The notes below the pieces were generated by a model that saw nothing but the letters and a program-made list of their open reading frames with translations, searched no databases and was not told the DNA's origin. From Rhizophagus irregularis (lineage: Eukaryota): DNA of 64,000 nucleotides. Position 1 is the stretch's first letter. Each line of letters starts with the position of its first letter. Where the stretch lies: positions 5,518,001 to 5,582,000 of the forward strand of contig NC_089430.1 of NCBI RefSeq assembly GCF_026210795.1, written 5' to 3'. Shown piece after piece: positions 1-12,480 of this stretch. The position numbers and the translations under genes are program-made.

Positions 1-568
1 AAGATTAACCATTCAATAGAATAAACAAATGTGGGAAAGTAGGGTTAGGTTTTGTTTCTTTTTCTCGCCGGAAAAGAGTATGGGATAACCTAGTCAAGTG
101 AAATGGGAAATCTTTGCCTAGTATCGATTACATTTCCATCGAACGAACGAAGTTTAATTTGACTATACTTTTCTGATATTTCACTTTTTTTGATTGAATT
201 TATATATTTAATATTTTTGTGTTCACCTTAATGGGATTGTAATAATAGGAAAATAGTTAGTAATTGCATTATTAATGGAAATACACAAATTTCTGGGATT
301 ACGTTAATATAGCAAATAAATTTTTAGAAAAAATGTAGTCCATAGTATAAAATTAATAAGTAGTAGGCGTAGGCCGTAGGCGCCCTACTTCCGTTAATAG
401 ATAGAATAACCTGGTGTATATTAGTGTTATGCTTACTGTATTTTTTTTTCTTTATAAATGTATTCTCATTCTTGAATTCCATTATAATAAAAGGGAAATG
501 CGCGTTACTAACAAAAAAAATCGTCTTTGTATTAATATCTGAGTTATGCTTACGCTATATGGATATGT

Positions 569-1100
569 GTGAAAAATAATGGTGTCACTGAAATGGCTTT
601 ATTAAAAGAAAGTATCAATAAAGTGTTGTCCGATGATTTGAATGTCAACGAAGCGGCGAATCAACGTCCTGAATTTGAAGAACCAATTTTGGATGAAGCA
701 TCAACTAAATCTAACATAATGACCACGGCGGAAGGTTTAGTTAGAGAATTGACGAGAGGACTAATCAACGAAAATGGCTCAGAATATGTAAGACTGGTAG
801 TGAAAAATCATTGCTGAGATTGGTTCTGGACGAATACTTGACAAATATTCAAAAATTGATATGGATGGAACGATGCAACGAAACAATAGAATTAGAAAAA
901 CAAATGGGAATTTTTAAATATCTAGAGAGAAAAAAGAAGGGAGTTAAAGGTAGTAGTGACGAAGGAGAGAGAGATTTAGATAATATTGAAAATATTGAAA
1001 AACAAAAAAAAGAATAAAAAAAAAACATTTTAAAAATAGATTTAGCAGGAAAAACAAAGGAAGACGTATTTAGATTAGGCAATTCAGATCGATTTAAAAT
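569..1100 (+). mobile_element. Degenerate 3' fragment of a LINE ORF2
   Basis: ORFs 569-817 and 811-1017 give ELTRGLIN ... IWMERCNETIELEKQMGIFKYLERKKK, matching the C-terminus of the LINE ORF at 60092-63169 (DLIKGIIP ... IWIPRCSHLKEFERSMGLTRKKK). The paralogous duplicated segment has unrelated sequence at this point (~36500-36780). Confidence 0.5.
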
Positions 1101-1389
1101 AGCAAATCAGGTACATGTAATAGGTATTTAGTAAATACTTAGATTTATTTAGTTTATACTATATTAAAATCCAGGTGGATGTGTCTAAATTTTTTTAAAT
1201 ACTTTCTAATATGTAAATATATATATGAAGTTCAATGTATTAATTATAGTGACAAAATTTTCTTTTTGAAAAAAAAAGAATAATTTTATAATTAAACTTT
1301 GATATGATATACTATCAGCAAAAAATTAAATAAAGATATATAATTTAAAAAACAATACATTAATTACGGATGAAAACTGAAACGTTAAG

Positions 1390-1800
1390 TTAACTATTTT
1401 CATTAACGTTAATATTCAATTGAGAAATATTGATTTGTAAGGATTCTATTTAATAAATTAAGGCTTATTGTTAGTAATTGTGAACTAAGAGTATTTTAAA
1501 AATCGTTATATTTACCATTTTCATTAATATTCAATTGAGAAATGTTGATTTGTAAAGACTCTATTTAATAAATAATACTTTATATTATTAGTATTTTATA
1601 AACTAAGTGTTTTAAAGTCATTATATTTACCATTCTCATTAGTACTCAATTGAGAAAGATTACGCCGTAAAGATTCTATTTAATAAATTAATATTTTATT
1701 ATCAGTATTTATAAACTATGTATTTTTAAAGTTATACCACAGGTAAAATATTTACCATTCTTATCAATATTCAATTGAGAAAACCTAAGTTGTAAAGATT
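1390..1800 (-). repeat. Four tandem microexon+intron units (~120-bp period), each encoding ESLQ(I/L)xxSQLNxNEN
   Basis: Three 45-nt phase-1/phase-1 exons bounded by TAAATAG and GTAAAT, plus a terminal 56-nt exon. Confidence 0.75.
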
Positions 1801-4800
1801 CTATTTAATAAATTGAAGTTATTATTAGTATAATATTAACTAAATATATCTACAAAGTAACAATTAATAAATTGCTTTATTAATACCTGAAAATTCCTCG
1901 CTTATTATATTATCATTTTTCTCATAATAATCATCAGAATTTTTTGGTTCGGGAAGATTATTGAAATCAAGCGATCTACTTGTATAAATAGCTTCCGAAT
2001 GTGTTTTGTATGATAATCCTAATATAGTCTGCGTATTTTCAGTTAATAAAATATTATTTATTGCATCTGTTTTTTCAATTTGTCTTCGTAATTCTGTATC
2101 ATACAATAATTGAGATGGGTCTAACTTTTCATAGATTTCTTTTGCTGTTGGTCTATTTAATGGGTCTGCGTCTAAACATCTTTTAATTAAATTCACGATT
2201 AACTCGGGTACCTTAATATTAAATCTTGGTCTTAGCCCGTGACAAATTTTTATTGCTAAATGATTATTATGGCTCACATCATAATATGGAGGTAATCCAG
2301 AAATTACTTCGTACACTATTATACCAAAACTATAAATATCAGCAGCTTTAGTATAGTAATTCCTTCCTCTTAAAATTTCAGGAGCTATATAAGGTAAAAC
2401 ACCGTATGCACAGTTTTTTGTATTTTTTGATGCATTATAATTTGCAGGTTTACATAATCCCATATCAGTTATTTTTATGTATTTATTATTTACTAGTATA
2501 TTGCCAGTATGCAGATCTCGATGAATTAGTTCATTTTCATGAATGGTTCTAAGCCCAAATGCAATATCACATAAATATGTAATCTTATTGAACCAGCTTA
2601 ATTCATTAAATCTTGTATTTAAAAAATGCCGCAAACTTCCACTGTCTGCATATTCCAAAACCATAATATAATTTTTTGTTTCTGGATCTTGAGTTATTCC
2701 ATAAAATTTTATAACAATACCTCCACCTACTTTATTATGTAATTTAATCTATATATAGTGTTAAATAAAATAGTATTTTAATTATAGATAATAAATTAAA
2801 TTAGATTAAATATATGTACTATACCTCATTCATAAATTCCGATGTAACATTTTTTGAATTATTTAAACTTTTCAGAGCTACAAACATATTCTGATCTTCT
2901 CTTTTCCAATTTTGATTTTCATTATCCCATCTATTTCGGTACCTTATACATCCATCAATCCAATTTGCTTTATACACTTTACCAAACCCACCTTTTGCAA
3001 TATATTCAATATCATAAAATCTATTGTATGGTATCCATTCTATTACACTATATGTACGATTATGAGCTAACAACTGACTATCTTGAATGAATTTGTCAAT
3101 ATCATCATTACCACTAGTCCAATCTATGAATTTATGTTGAAAGTATATTGTATCACATATACTGTTACACTTTTTACATTTACTATTTGAAACTATTGCA
3201 TAATTTTTTGTTTTTGGATTTTGAGTTATTCCATAAAATTCATGATCAACTTTAATCTACAAATATATAATATTAGTAAATTTAAAAATTTCATAATTCT
3301 CATTAAATAATAAATTACCTTATTCATAAATTCTATTGATACATTTTTTGGATTAATTAAACTTTCTAAAGTTACAAACATATCCTGATTTAGTCTTCTC
3401 CAATTTTGACATTTATCATCCCATTTATGTATATATCCATCAATCCAATTTGCTCTACATACTCCAATTTTTCCAATATATTTAATACCATAAAATCTAT
3501 CATAAGGAATCCATTCTAGTGCATGTGATATTTCATCATCTTTATGGGTTGTTAGTTGAGTATCTTGAATAAATTTATCAATATCTTTATCACCACTAGT
3601 CCAATTTTCAAAATTTCGTTGAAAATGCATTGCATTACATGTATAATTGCATTTTTTACATTTATTATTCAAAACCATCATATAATTTTTTGTTTCTAGA
3701 TTTTGAGTTATCCCATAAAATTCATGATCAACTTTAAACTACAAATATATAATATTAGTAAATTTAAAAATTTCATAATCCTCATTAAATAATAAATTAC
3801 CTTATTCATAAATTCTATTGATACATTTTTCGGATTAATTAAACTTTCTAAAGTTACAAACATATCCTGATTTAGTCTTCCCCAATTTTGATATTTATCA
3901 TCCCATTTATATATTTTTCCATCAATCCAATTTGCTCTACAAAGTCCAATTTTTCCAATATATTTAATATCATAAAATCTATCATAAGGAATCCATTCTA
4001 ATGCATGTGATATTTCATTATCTTCATGAACTGATATCTGAGTATCTTGAATAAATTTATCAATATCTTTATTACCACTTGTCCAATCTATGAATTTATG
4101 TTGAAAGTGTATTGTGTTACATATATTGTTACACTTTTTACATTTATTATTTAAAACTATCATAAAACTTTTTGTTTCTGGATTTTGAGTTATTCCATAA
4201 AATTTATGACCAATCTACAAATATAATATATTAGTAAATTTAAAAATTTTATAATTCTTATTAAAAAATAAATTACCTTATTCATAAATTCTATTGATAC
4301 ATTTTTTATATTAATTAAACCTTTTAAAGTTACTAACATATCCTGATTTAGTCTTCTTAAATTTTGATATTTATCATCCCATTTATATATATATCCATCA
4401 ATCCAATTTGCTCTATATACTTCCATTTTTTCAATATATTTAATATTATAAAATCTATTATAAGGTATCCATTCTAATGCATGTGATATTTCATTATCCT
4501 TATGAACTGATAACTGAGTATCTTGAATAAATTTATCAATGACATTATTACTACTAGTTTAATTTTTAAAATTTTGTTGAAAATGTATTACATCACATAT
4601 AGAATGGCATTTTCTACATTTATCACTTAATACAACCATGTAACTTTGTGTTTCTGGATCCTGAGTTAAACCATATAGTTTAGGATTTCTTTTTATCTAT
4701 ACATATAATATAATGCATGTTAGTAAAAATTAAGTATGTAAAATTTTATTAAAATAAGGTTTTTACCTTATTTATTATAAATTCTAATGTAATTGCTTTT

Positions 4801-7800
4801 GAATTATTTAACCTTTTTATAGTCACAACCATATTTTGATTACATCTATCCCAATTTTGACTGTAATCATTCCATTCATCTATAAATCCATCAATCCAAT
4901 TTGCCCTATATACTCCAATTTTTTCTGCGTATTTAACATTATAAAATCTATCATAAGATATCCATTCTAGTGCATGTGATATTTCATCATATTTATGGAC
5001 TGATAACTGAGCATCTCGAATAAATTTATCAATATCCTTATTGCCACTAGTCCAATTTATGAAATTTTGTTGGAACTGTATTGCATAACATATGTGATTA
5101 CATTTTTCACATTTATAATTAAGAATTAACATATAATATTTTGTTTTTGGATCCTGAGTTATTCCATAAATTTCATGATCTTTTCTTATCTACAAGTAAA
5201 AAAAATGTATCAATAAAACTAAAATTCAAAATTTTCATTTTAATATGGTAATAACTAAATAAATCATAATATACCTCATTTATGAATTCTATTGTGATTC
5301 CTTTTAAAATAATTAAACTTTTTACAGTTACAAATGCATTTTGATTATACCTTGCCCAATTTTGAACATAATCATCCCACTCGTCTGTATATCCATCAAT
5401 CCAATTTGCTTTATATATTTTACCAAATTTATCTTCTGCAATAAATTCAATATTATTTAATCTATCATAATATATCCATTCTAATGCACCCAATAGTCCA
5501 TAATCAGTATGTGCTGATAGCTGCGTATCTTGAATAAATCTATCAATATCTTTATTACCGCTAGTCCAATTTATGAAATTTTGTTGAAAACGTATTGCAT
5601 TACATATGTAATCACATTTTTCACATTTATAATTCAAAACTATCATGTAATATTTTGTTTCTGGATTTTGAGTTATTCCATAAACTTCGTTATCTTTTTT
5701 TATCTACAAATATAATATATGATGTATTAATAAACTAAAATACAAAATTTTCATTTAATAATTAAATTAATTATACTGACTTCATTCATGAATTCTATTG
5801 CAATTTCTTTTGAATTATTTATACTTTTTATGGTCACAATCATATTTTGATTATATCTGCCCCAATTTTGATATTTGTCATCCCATTTATATATATATCC
5901 GTCAATCCAATTTGCTATATATACACCAATTTTTTCATTATATTTAATATTATAAAATCTATCATAAGATATCCATTCTAATGCTTTGCTCACATAATGA
6001 TGGGCTGATAACTGAGTGTATTGAATAAATTTATCAATATCTTCATTACCACTAGTCCAATTTATAAAATTTTGTCTAAAATGTATTGCATTACATAAGT
6101 AATTACATTTTTCACATTTATAATTCAAAGCCATCATGTAATATTTCGTTTCTGGATCCTGAGTTATTCCATAAATTTCATGGTCTTTTCTTATCTATAA
6201 ATATAATATCATAGTGTATTTATAAACAAAAATTCAAAATTTTCATTTAAAATTAAATTAATTATACTGTACCTCATTTAAGAATTCTATTGTAATTTCT
6301 TTTGAATTATTTAACTTTTTTATAGTTACAATCATATTCTGATTATGTCTGTCCCAATTTTGATTATAATTATCCCATTTATATATTTTTCCATCGATCC
6401 AATTTGCTCTATATACTTCAATTTTTTCAACATATTTAACATTATAAAATCTATCATAAGGTATCCATTCTAATGCTTTGCTCACATAATGATGGGCTGA
6501 TAGCTGAGTATCTTGAATAAATTTATCAATATTTTTATTACCACTGGTCCAATTTTTAAAATTTTGATGAAAATATATTGAATTACATATATATTCACAT
6601 TTTTTACATTTAGAATTCAAAACCATCATGTAATATTTTGTTTCTGGATCCTGAGTTATTCCATAAATTTCATAATCTTTTTTTATCTACAAATATAGTA
6701 TTATGTAATTATAAAACTAAAATAATTTTCATTTAATTATTAATAAACTAATTATACTGTACCTCATTTAAGAATTCTATTGTAATTTTATTTGAATTAT
6801 TTAAACTTTTTATAGTTACAATCATATTTTGATTATATCTATTCCAATTTTGATTATAACTAACCCATTCATGTATTTTTCCATCAATCCAATTTGCTCT
6901 ATATATCCCAGTATCTTCAATATAATTAATATTACAAAATCTATTATAAGGTATCCATTCTAATGCATGTGATATTTCATTAGCATTATGAACTGATAGC
7001 TGAGTATCTTGAATAAATTCATCAATTTCATTATTGCCACTAGTCCAATTTCTAAAATTTTGTTGAAAAAATATTGCATTACATATATTATACCATTTTC
7101 TACAGTAATCACCTGATACAACCATATAACTCTGCGTTTTTAGATCCAGAGTTATTCCATAAATTTTGTGATCTTTTCTTATCTACAAATATAGTATAAT
7201 GTATTAATAAAACTAAAATTTAAGAATTTCATTAGTAATTAAATTAAGCAAACTATACCTCATTCATGAAATCTGTTGTAATTTCTTTTGAATTATTTAA
7301 ATTTTTCATAGTTACTACCATGTTTTGATTAAATCTGTCCCAATTTTGATTATAATGATTCCATTTCAATATAAACCCATCAATCCAATTTGCATTAGTT
7401 TTATATATTTTACCAAACCTATCTTCTGCAATAAATTCAACATTATGGAATCTATTATAAGGTATCCATTCTAATATATCTGATGATCCATGATCAGTAT
7501 GTGCTGATAATTGAGTATCTTGAATAAATTTATCGATATCTTTATTACCACTAGTCCAATTAACAAAATTTTGTTGGTAATATATTGAATTACATATATG
7601 GTTACATTTTTCACACCTATTATTCAAGACCATCATATAATTTTTTGTTTCTGGATTTTGAGTTACTCCATAAAATTTATGATTAACTTTAATCTACAAA
7701 TATAATATATTAGTAAATTTAAAAATTTCATAATTCTCATTAAATAATAAATTACCTTATTCATAATAAATTCTATTGATACATTTTTTGGATTAATTAA

Positions 7801-10633
7801 ATTTTCTAAAGTTACAAGCATATCCTGATTTAGTCTTCCCCAATTTTGATATTTATCGTCCCATTTATGTATATATCCATCAATCCAATTTGCTCTATAT
7901 ACTCCAATTTTTTCAATATATTTAATATTATAAAATCTACTATAAGGTATCCATTCTAATGCATGTGATATTTCATTATCTTTATGAACTGATAGCTGAG
8001 TATCTTGAATAAGTCCATCAATTTCATTATTACCACTAGTCCAATTTATGAAATTTTGTTGAAAAAATGTTGCATTACATATATTATACCATTTTCTACA
8101 GTAACTGCTCAATACAACCATATAACTTTGTGTTTCTAGATCCTGAGTTATTCCATGAATTTTGTGATCTTTTCTTATCTATAAATATATATAGTATAAT
8201 GTATTAATAAAATAATTATATATTATAATTCAAGACTTTCATTAATGATTATATTAATCATACATACCACATTCATGAATTCTGTAGTAATTTCTTTTGA
8301 AATATTTAAATTTTTTATAGTTACAACTATATTTTGATTATATCTGTCCCAATTTTGATTGTAATCATTCCATTTCAATATAAACCCATCAATCCAATTT
8401 GCTTTATATATTTTGCCAAACCTATCTTCTGCTATAAATTCAATATTATAACATCTATCATAAGGTATCCATTCTAATGCATCTGATGATCCATGATCAG
8501 TATGTGCTGACAGCTGAGTATCTTGAATAAATTTATCAATATCTTTATTACCACTAGTCCAATTATCAAAATTTTGTTGAAAATATATTGAATTACATAT
8601 ACAATTACATTTTTCACATTTATTATCCAAAACTATCATATAATTTTTTGTTTCTGGATTTTGAGTTATTCCATAAAATTTATGATAAACTTTAATCTAC
8701 AAATATAATATATTATTAATAAATTTAAAATTTCCATATTTTTCATTAAATAATAAATTACCTTATTCATAAATTCTTTTGATACATTTTTTGGATTAAT
8801 TAAACTTTCTAAAGTTACAAACATATTCTGATTTAGCCTTCCCCAATTTTGACATTCATCATCCCATTTATATATTTTTCCATCAATCCAATTTGCTCTA
8901 TATACTCCAATTTTTTCAATATATTTAATATCATAAAATCTATCATAAGGTATCCATTCTAATGCATGTGATATTTCATTATATTGATGAACTGATAGCT
9001 GAGTATCTTGAATAAATTTATCAATATCTTTATTACCACTAGTCCAATTTATGAATTTATACTGAAAATGTATTGCATTACATATATAATTACATTTTTT
9101 ACATTTATTATTAAAACCATCATGTAGCATTTTGTTTCTGGATCCCGAGTTATTCCATAAATTTCATGATCTTTTCTTATCTATAAATATCATAATGTAT
9201 AAATATAGTAGTATAATGTATTAATAATTTTATTAATTATACTGTACCTCATTCATGAATTCTGTTGTAATTTCTTTTGAATTATTTAAATTTTTTATAG
9301 TTACAATCATATTTTGATCATATCTGTCCCAATTTTGATCATAATCATTCCATTTATATATTTTTCCATCAATCCAATTTGCTCTATATAATCCAATTTT
9401 TTCAATATATTTAATGTTATAAATCCTATTGTAAGGTATCCATTCTAATACATCTTTTATTTCATAGATTGAATGTGCTGATAACTGAGTAACTCGAATA
9501 AATTTATCAATATCTTTATCACCACTAGTCCAACTTATAAAATTTTGTTTAAAATGTATTGCATTACATATGAAAATACATTTTTCACATTTATAATTCA
9601 AAGCTATCATGTAACATTTTGTTTTTGGATCCTGGGTTATTCCATAAATGACATAGCTTTTTCTTATCTAAATGTATAATATATTAGTAAATTAAAACAT
9701 TAAAATTTTTTTCATTATATAATAAAATAGTTACTATACCTCATTTATAAATTCTGTTGTAGTAATTTCCTTTGAATTATTTAAATTTATTATAGTTACA
9801 ACCATATTTTGATTATATCTGTCCCAATTTTGATTATTATCATTCCATTTACTTATAAATCCATCAATCCAATTTGCTTTATATATTTTGCCAAGTTTAT
9901 GTTCTGCAATAAATTTAATATTGTTAAATTTATCATAAGATATCCATTCTGGTGCATTTGATGTTCCATATTTGGTATGAACTGATAGCTGAGTATCTTG
10001 AATAAATTTATCAATAACTTTGTTACCACTAGTCCAATTATCAAAATTTCGTTGAAAATATATTGAATTACATATATGGTTACATTTTTCACATATGTTA
10101 TCCAAAACCATCATATAATTTTTTGTTTCCGGATTTTGTGTTATCCCATAAAATTTATGATCAACTTTAATCTACAATAATAATATATTAGTAAATTTAA
10201 AAATTTCATAATTTCACATTAAATAATAAATTACCTTATTCATAAATTCTATTGATACATTTTTTGGAGTAATTATAACTTCTAAAGTTACAAGCATGTC
10301 TTGATTTAGTCTTTCCCAATTTTGATATTTATCATCCCATTTATATATTTTTCCATCAATCCAATTTGCTCTATATACTCCAATTTTTTCAATATATTTA
10401 ATACCATAAAATCTATCATAAGGTATCCATTCTAATGCATGTGATATTTCATTATCTTTATGAACCGATATCTGATCATCTTGAATAAATTGATCAATAT
10501 CTTTATTACCACTGGTCCAATTATCAAAATTTCGTTGAAAATATATTGAATTACATATACGATTACATATTTCACACATATTATTTAATTCTTCACTAAT
10601 GTAAGATAGCCTGATTGGTTTTTCCTTATCCAT
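1390..10633 (-). CDS. Kinase gene 1: TKL-type protein kinase with 16 tandem N-lobe-like exon modules, one C-lobe exon and 4 terminal microexons; two modules carry lesions (possible pseudogene)
   Basis: Exon 1 is 10633-10235 (MDKEKP...). Module acceptors at 10171, 9667, 9180, 8696, 8178, 7693, 7182, 6686, 6194, 5703, 5189, 4696, 4214, 3738 and 3256 are all AG|I/F-type and phase 0. The last module (3256-2825) has IAKGGFGKVY, VALK and EFMNE. C-lobe exon 2748-1887 has HRDLHTGN, DMG, APE and DIYSFG. Microexons are 1800-1756, 1675-1631, 1560-1516 and 1445-1390 (stop). There is a 1-nt frameshift near 9115 and an in-frame TAA at 4559-4561. Confidence 0.8.
2825..10633 (-). repeat. Tandem exon-intron array, 16 units of ~490-510 bp
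   Basis: Recurrent YGITQDPETKxYM, CxxCxxxC, WTSGNxxIDKFIQDTQLS, LEWIPY, ANWIDG and EFMNE/K|GT motifs at ~500-bp spacing. Confidence 0.95.
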
Positions 10634-10699
10634 TAATTTTATACTGAAATTTTTATAAAGGATATATTTGCAAGAGAAACCAAAATAAGAAAAAAATTA

Positions 10700-12480
10700 T
10701 TTATTTTTATTTATATTTATTTATTTATTTATTTTATTTTATGTAAAGTCGGAAGGACTATTCTAAGAGAGCATTAATTACAATAATTACGCCCAACATT
10801 TAGTCCATCATCTACCCATGGGCAGACCCAAACTAATTATTATATTCCATAGACTACTCCGACAACACGACCGATGAAGGAGCAGGACTGAGGAAGAAAT
10901 GACAATTAAATGACAAGCACCAATCCGTATCTTTCTTTCAGCCTACAAGGCTGCCACCTGTAAATACTGTAAGAGGTGGAATGATTTACACTATTTTAAG
11001 TTGTTAAAAATCTAACGTAAAAAACGAACTAAAATGCTAATAAGCATGTACAGATAGAAACTAATATATTAATAAATCGCTATATAAAAATTTGACTAAC
11101 GAGTACTTAGATAGTACGAGCAGACGAACTATTTCCTAAATCCTTCAAGGCGGATAATATACGAACCTTTTTATTTTTATGATAACTATAATGAGTATCT
11201 AAATTGCCATTATCACTGGCACGTCGTTTAAGCGGTCTGTCGTCCATAATGGCACAAGGCTGAAATGCCAAACCGATTTCACCCCTATAAGTTGACGGTA
11301 AAAATATTATCGTAAATGTTAACCCAAGAGCGTAACTCTTCTAAGATTTCAGTATCTTCAAGTTTTTTCCGTTCAATATCCTGTAATATTTGTAATCGAC
11401 GCTTTTCACGTTTTTTGCGTTCGCATTGTTTAAGTGGTCCAGATACGGTAGGTAATTCGGGTATTACTTGGGATGAGATTTCAAGTAATTTCATCTCATA
11501 ATTGTACTGAGCGTTGGTGACTTCCATTACACGATTACAAAGATCTTCCCGGTATTCGCCTTGATCGGGAGTGGTATCCCATTGTATTCCAGCATTAATT
11601 CTTCCTTGTTCATATTTTATCGTTGATACGTGATCATCATAGATCTCTTTCATGAGAGCAAGCCAGCCATCACTGCCAACTGCAAGTGGTTGTAATTTCT
11701 TTTTCGAAACTTTATGACGAGAAGGTTGATTCAATCGACCACCTTCGTAAACTGCATACTGAGGAATTAACGGAATATAATGTTCAGGTACATTCTCCCA
11801 ATTGTCAGTATTAGCTGGGGATATAGGATTATCATTCGATGTAGATGCGACAGAGCTAACGTTACAAATTGTCTCCACTAAAACAGGTACAGATACAGTC
11901 GTAGGTTCAGGAAATGGGATCGGAAAGGTGTAATAACCTTGTGATGGTTCGATGAATTTTTTCTTGTATCGAAGGTGTTTGACAGGAGTGGTGAATCTTT
12001 GATTTTCTTGAAATAATAATTTGTGACGTCGTGCAGCTCGGAGTTTATCTTCCGTTAGCGCATTATCATCCAGCTTGGCGTTATGAAAAGTATGCCTAAC
12101 CAAAGCATTAAAACGAGCTTCTTGTCTTTTTTTCACCTTTGGAGACGAACTGGGAGTAAATTGAAGATTCCCATATTTTTTGCCATAAATAAAATCAAGT
12201 CCTTTTGTAGTGACGACATTAGTGTTATACGCATGGTATGATGTGGTGAAAGAAATTCCTAATCGGTTCGAAAAATTCTGATGTATCTTCTTCTTAGCCC
12301 ATCTATTGTAGAGGCGGGTTGCGTGAAAATTTTTAAATGTTTTGCAATGACTGACGTCAGGAATTTTGTTATCCTTCGAGATGAAATATAGGGCTAGATT
12401 CTTATGGTGAATAATACAGGCATGACGGTGATTTGACATTATGAAAGGAACCGGAATGGAACAGGTCGCAATAGTATTGG
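10700..12480 (-). mobile_element. Retroposed-like insertion (~1.75 kb, GC-richer) in a T-rich tract immediately upstream of kinase gene 1
   Basis: Bounded by (TTTA)n tracts at ~10697-10741 and ~12483-12510, i.e. a (TAAA)n tail on the minus strand. It is absent from the paralogous upstream region of gene 3, which has a plain poly-T at ~48277-48290 followed by ATGCACAGTCACGTGA, matching ATGCATAGTCACGTGA at ~12527. Confidence 0.65.
11285..12439 (-). CDS. Intronless 384-aa basic hypothetical protein carried by the insertion
   Basis: Long ORF in AT-rich DNA (MSNHRHACIIHHK...SNRLGISF...). No domain recognised. A shifted frame continues ~60 codons (GEIGLAFQPCAIMDDRPLKRRAS...) to a stop at ~11107. 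Confidence 0.6.
   Translation of the reverse strand: MSNHRHACIIHHKNLALYFISKDNKIPDVSHCKTFKNFHATRLYNRWAKKKIHQNFSNRLGISFTTSYHAYNTNVVTTKGLDFIYGKKYGNLQFTPSSSPKVKKRQEARFNALVRHTFHNAKLDDNALTEDKLRAARRHKLLFQENQRFTTPVKHLRYKKKFIEPSQGYYTFPIPFPEPTTVSVPVLVETICNVSSVASTSNDNPISPANTDNWENVPEHYIPLIPQYAVYEGGRLNQPSRHKVSKKKLQPLAVGSDGWLALMKEIYDDHVSTIKYEQGRINAGIQWDTTPDQGEYREDLCNRVMEVTNAQYNYEMKLLEISSQVIPELPTVSGPLKQCERKKREKRRLQILQDIERKKLEDTEILEELRSWVNIYDNIFTVNL

Noticed and set aside
1162..1200. Inverted similarity to ~36707-36745 (AAAATCCAGGTGGATGTGTCTAA)
   Set aside because: Only ~35 bp and imperfect; it could be a dispersed repeat end or a micro-inversion and cannot be resolved.
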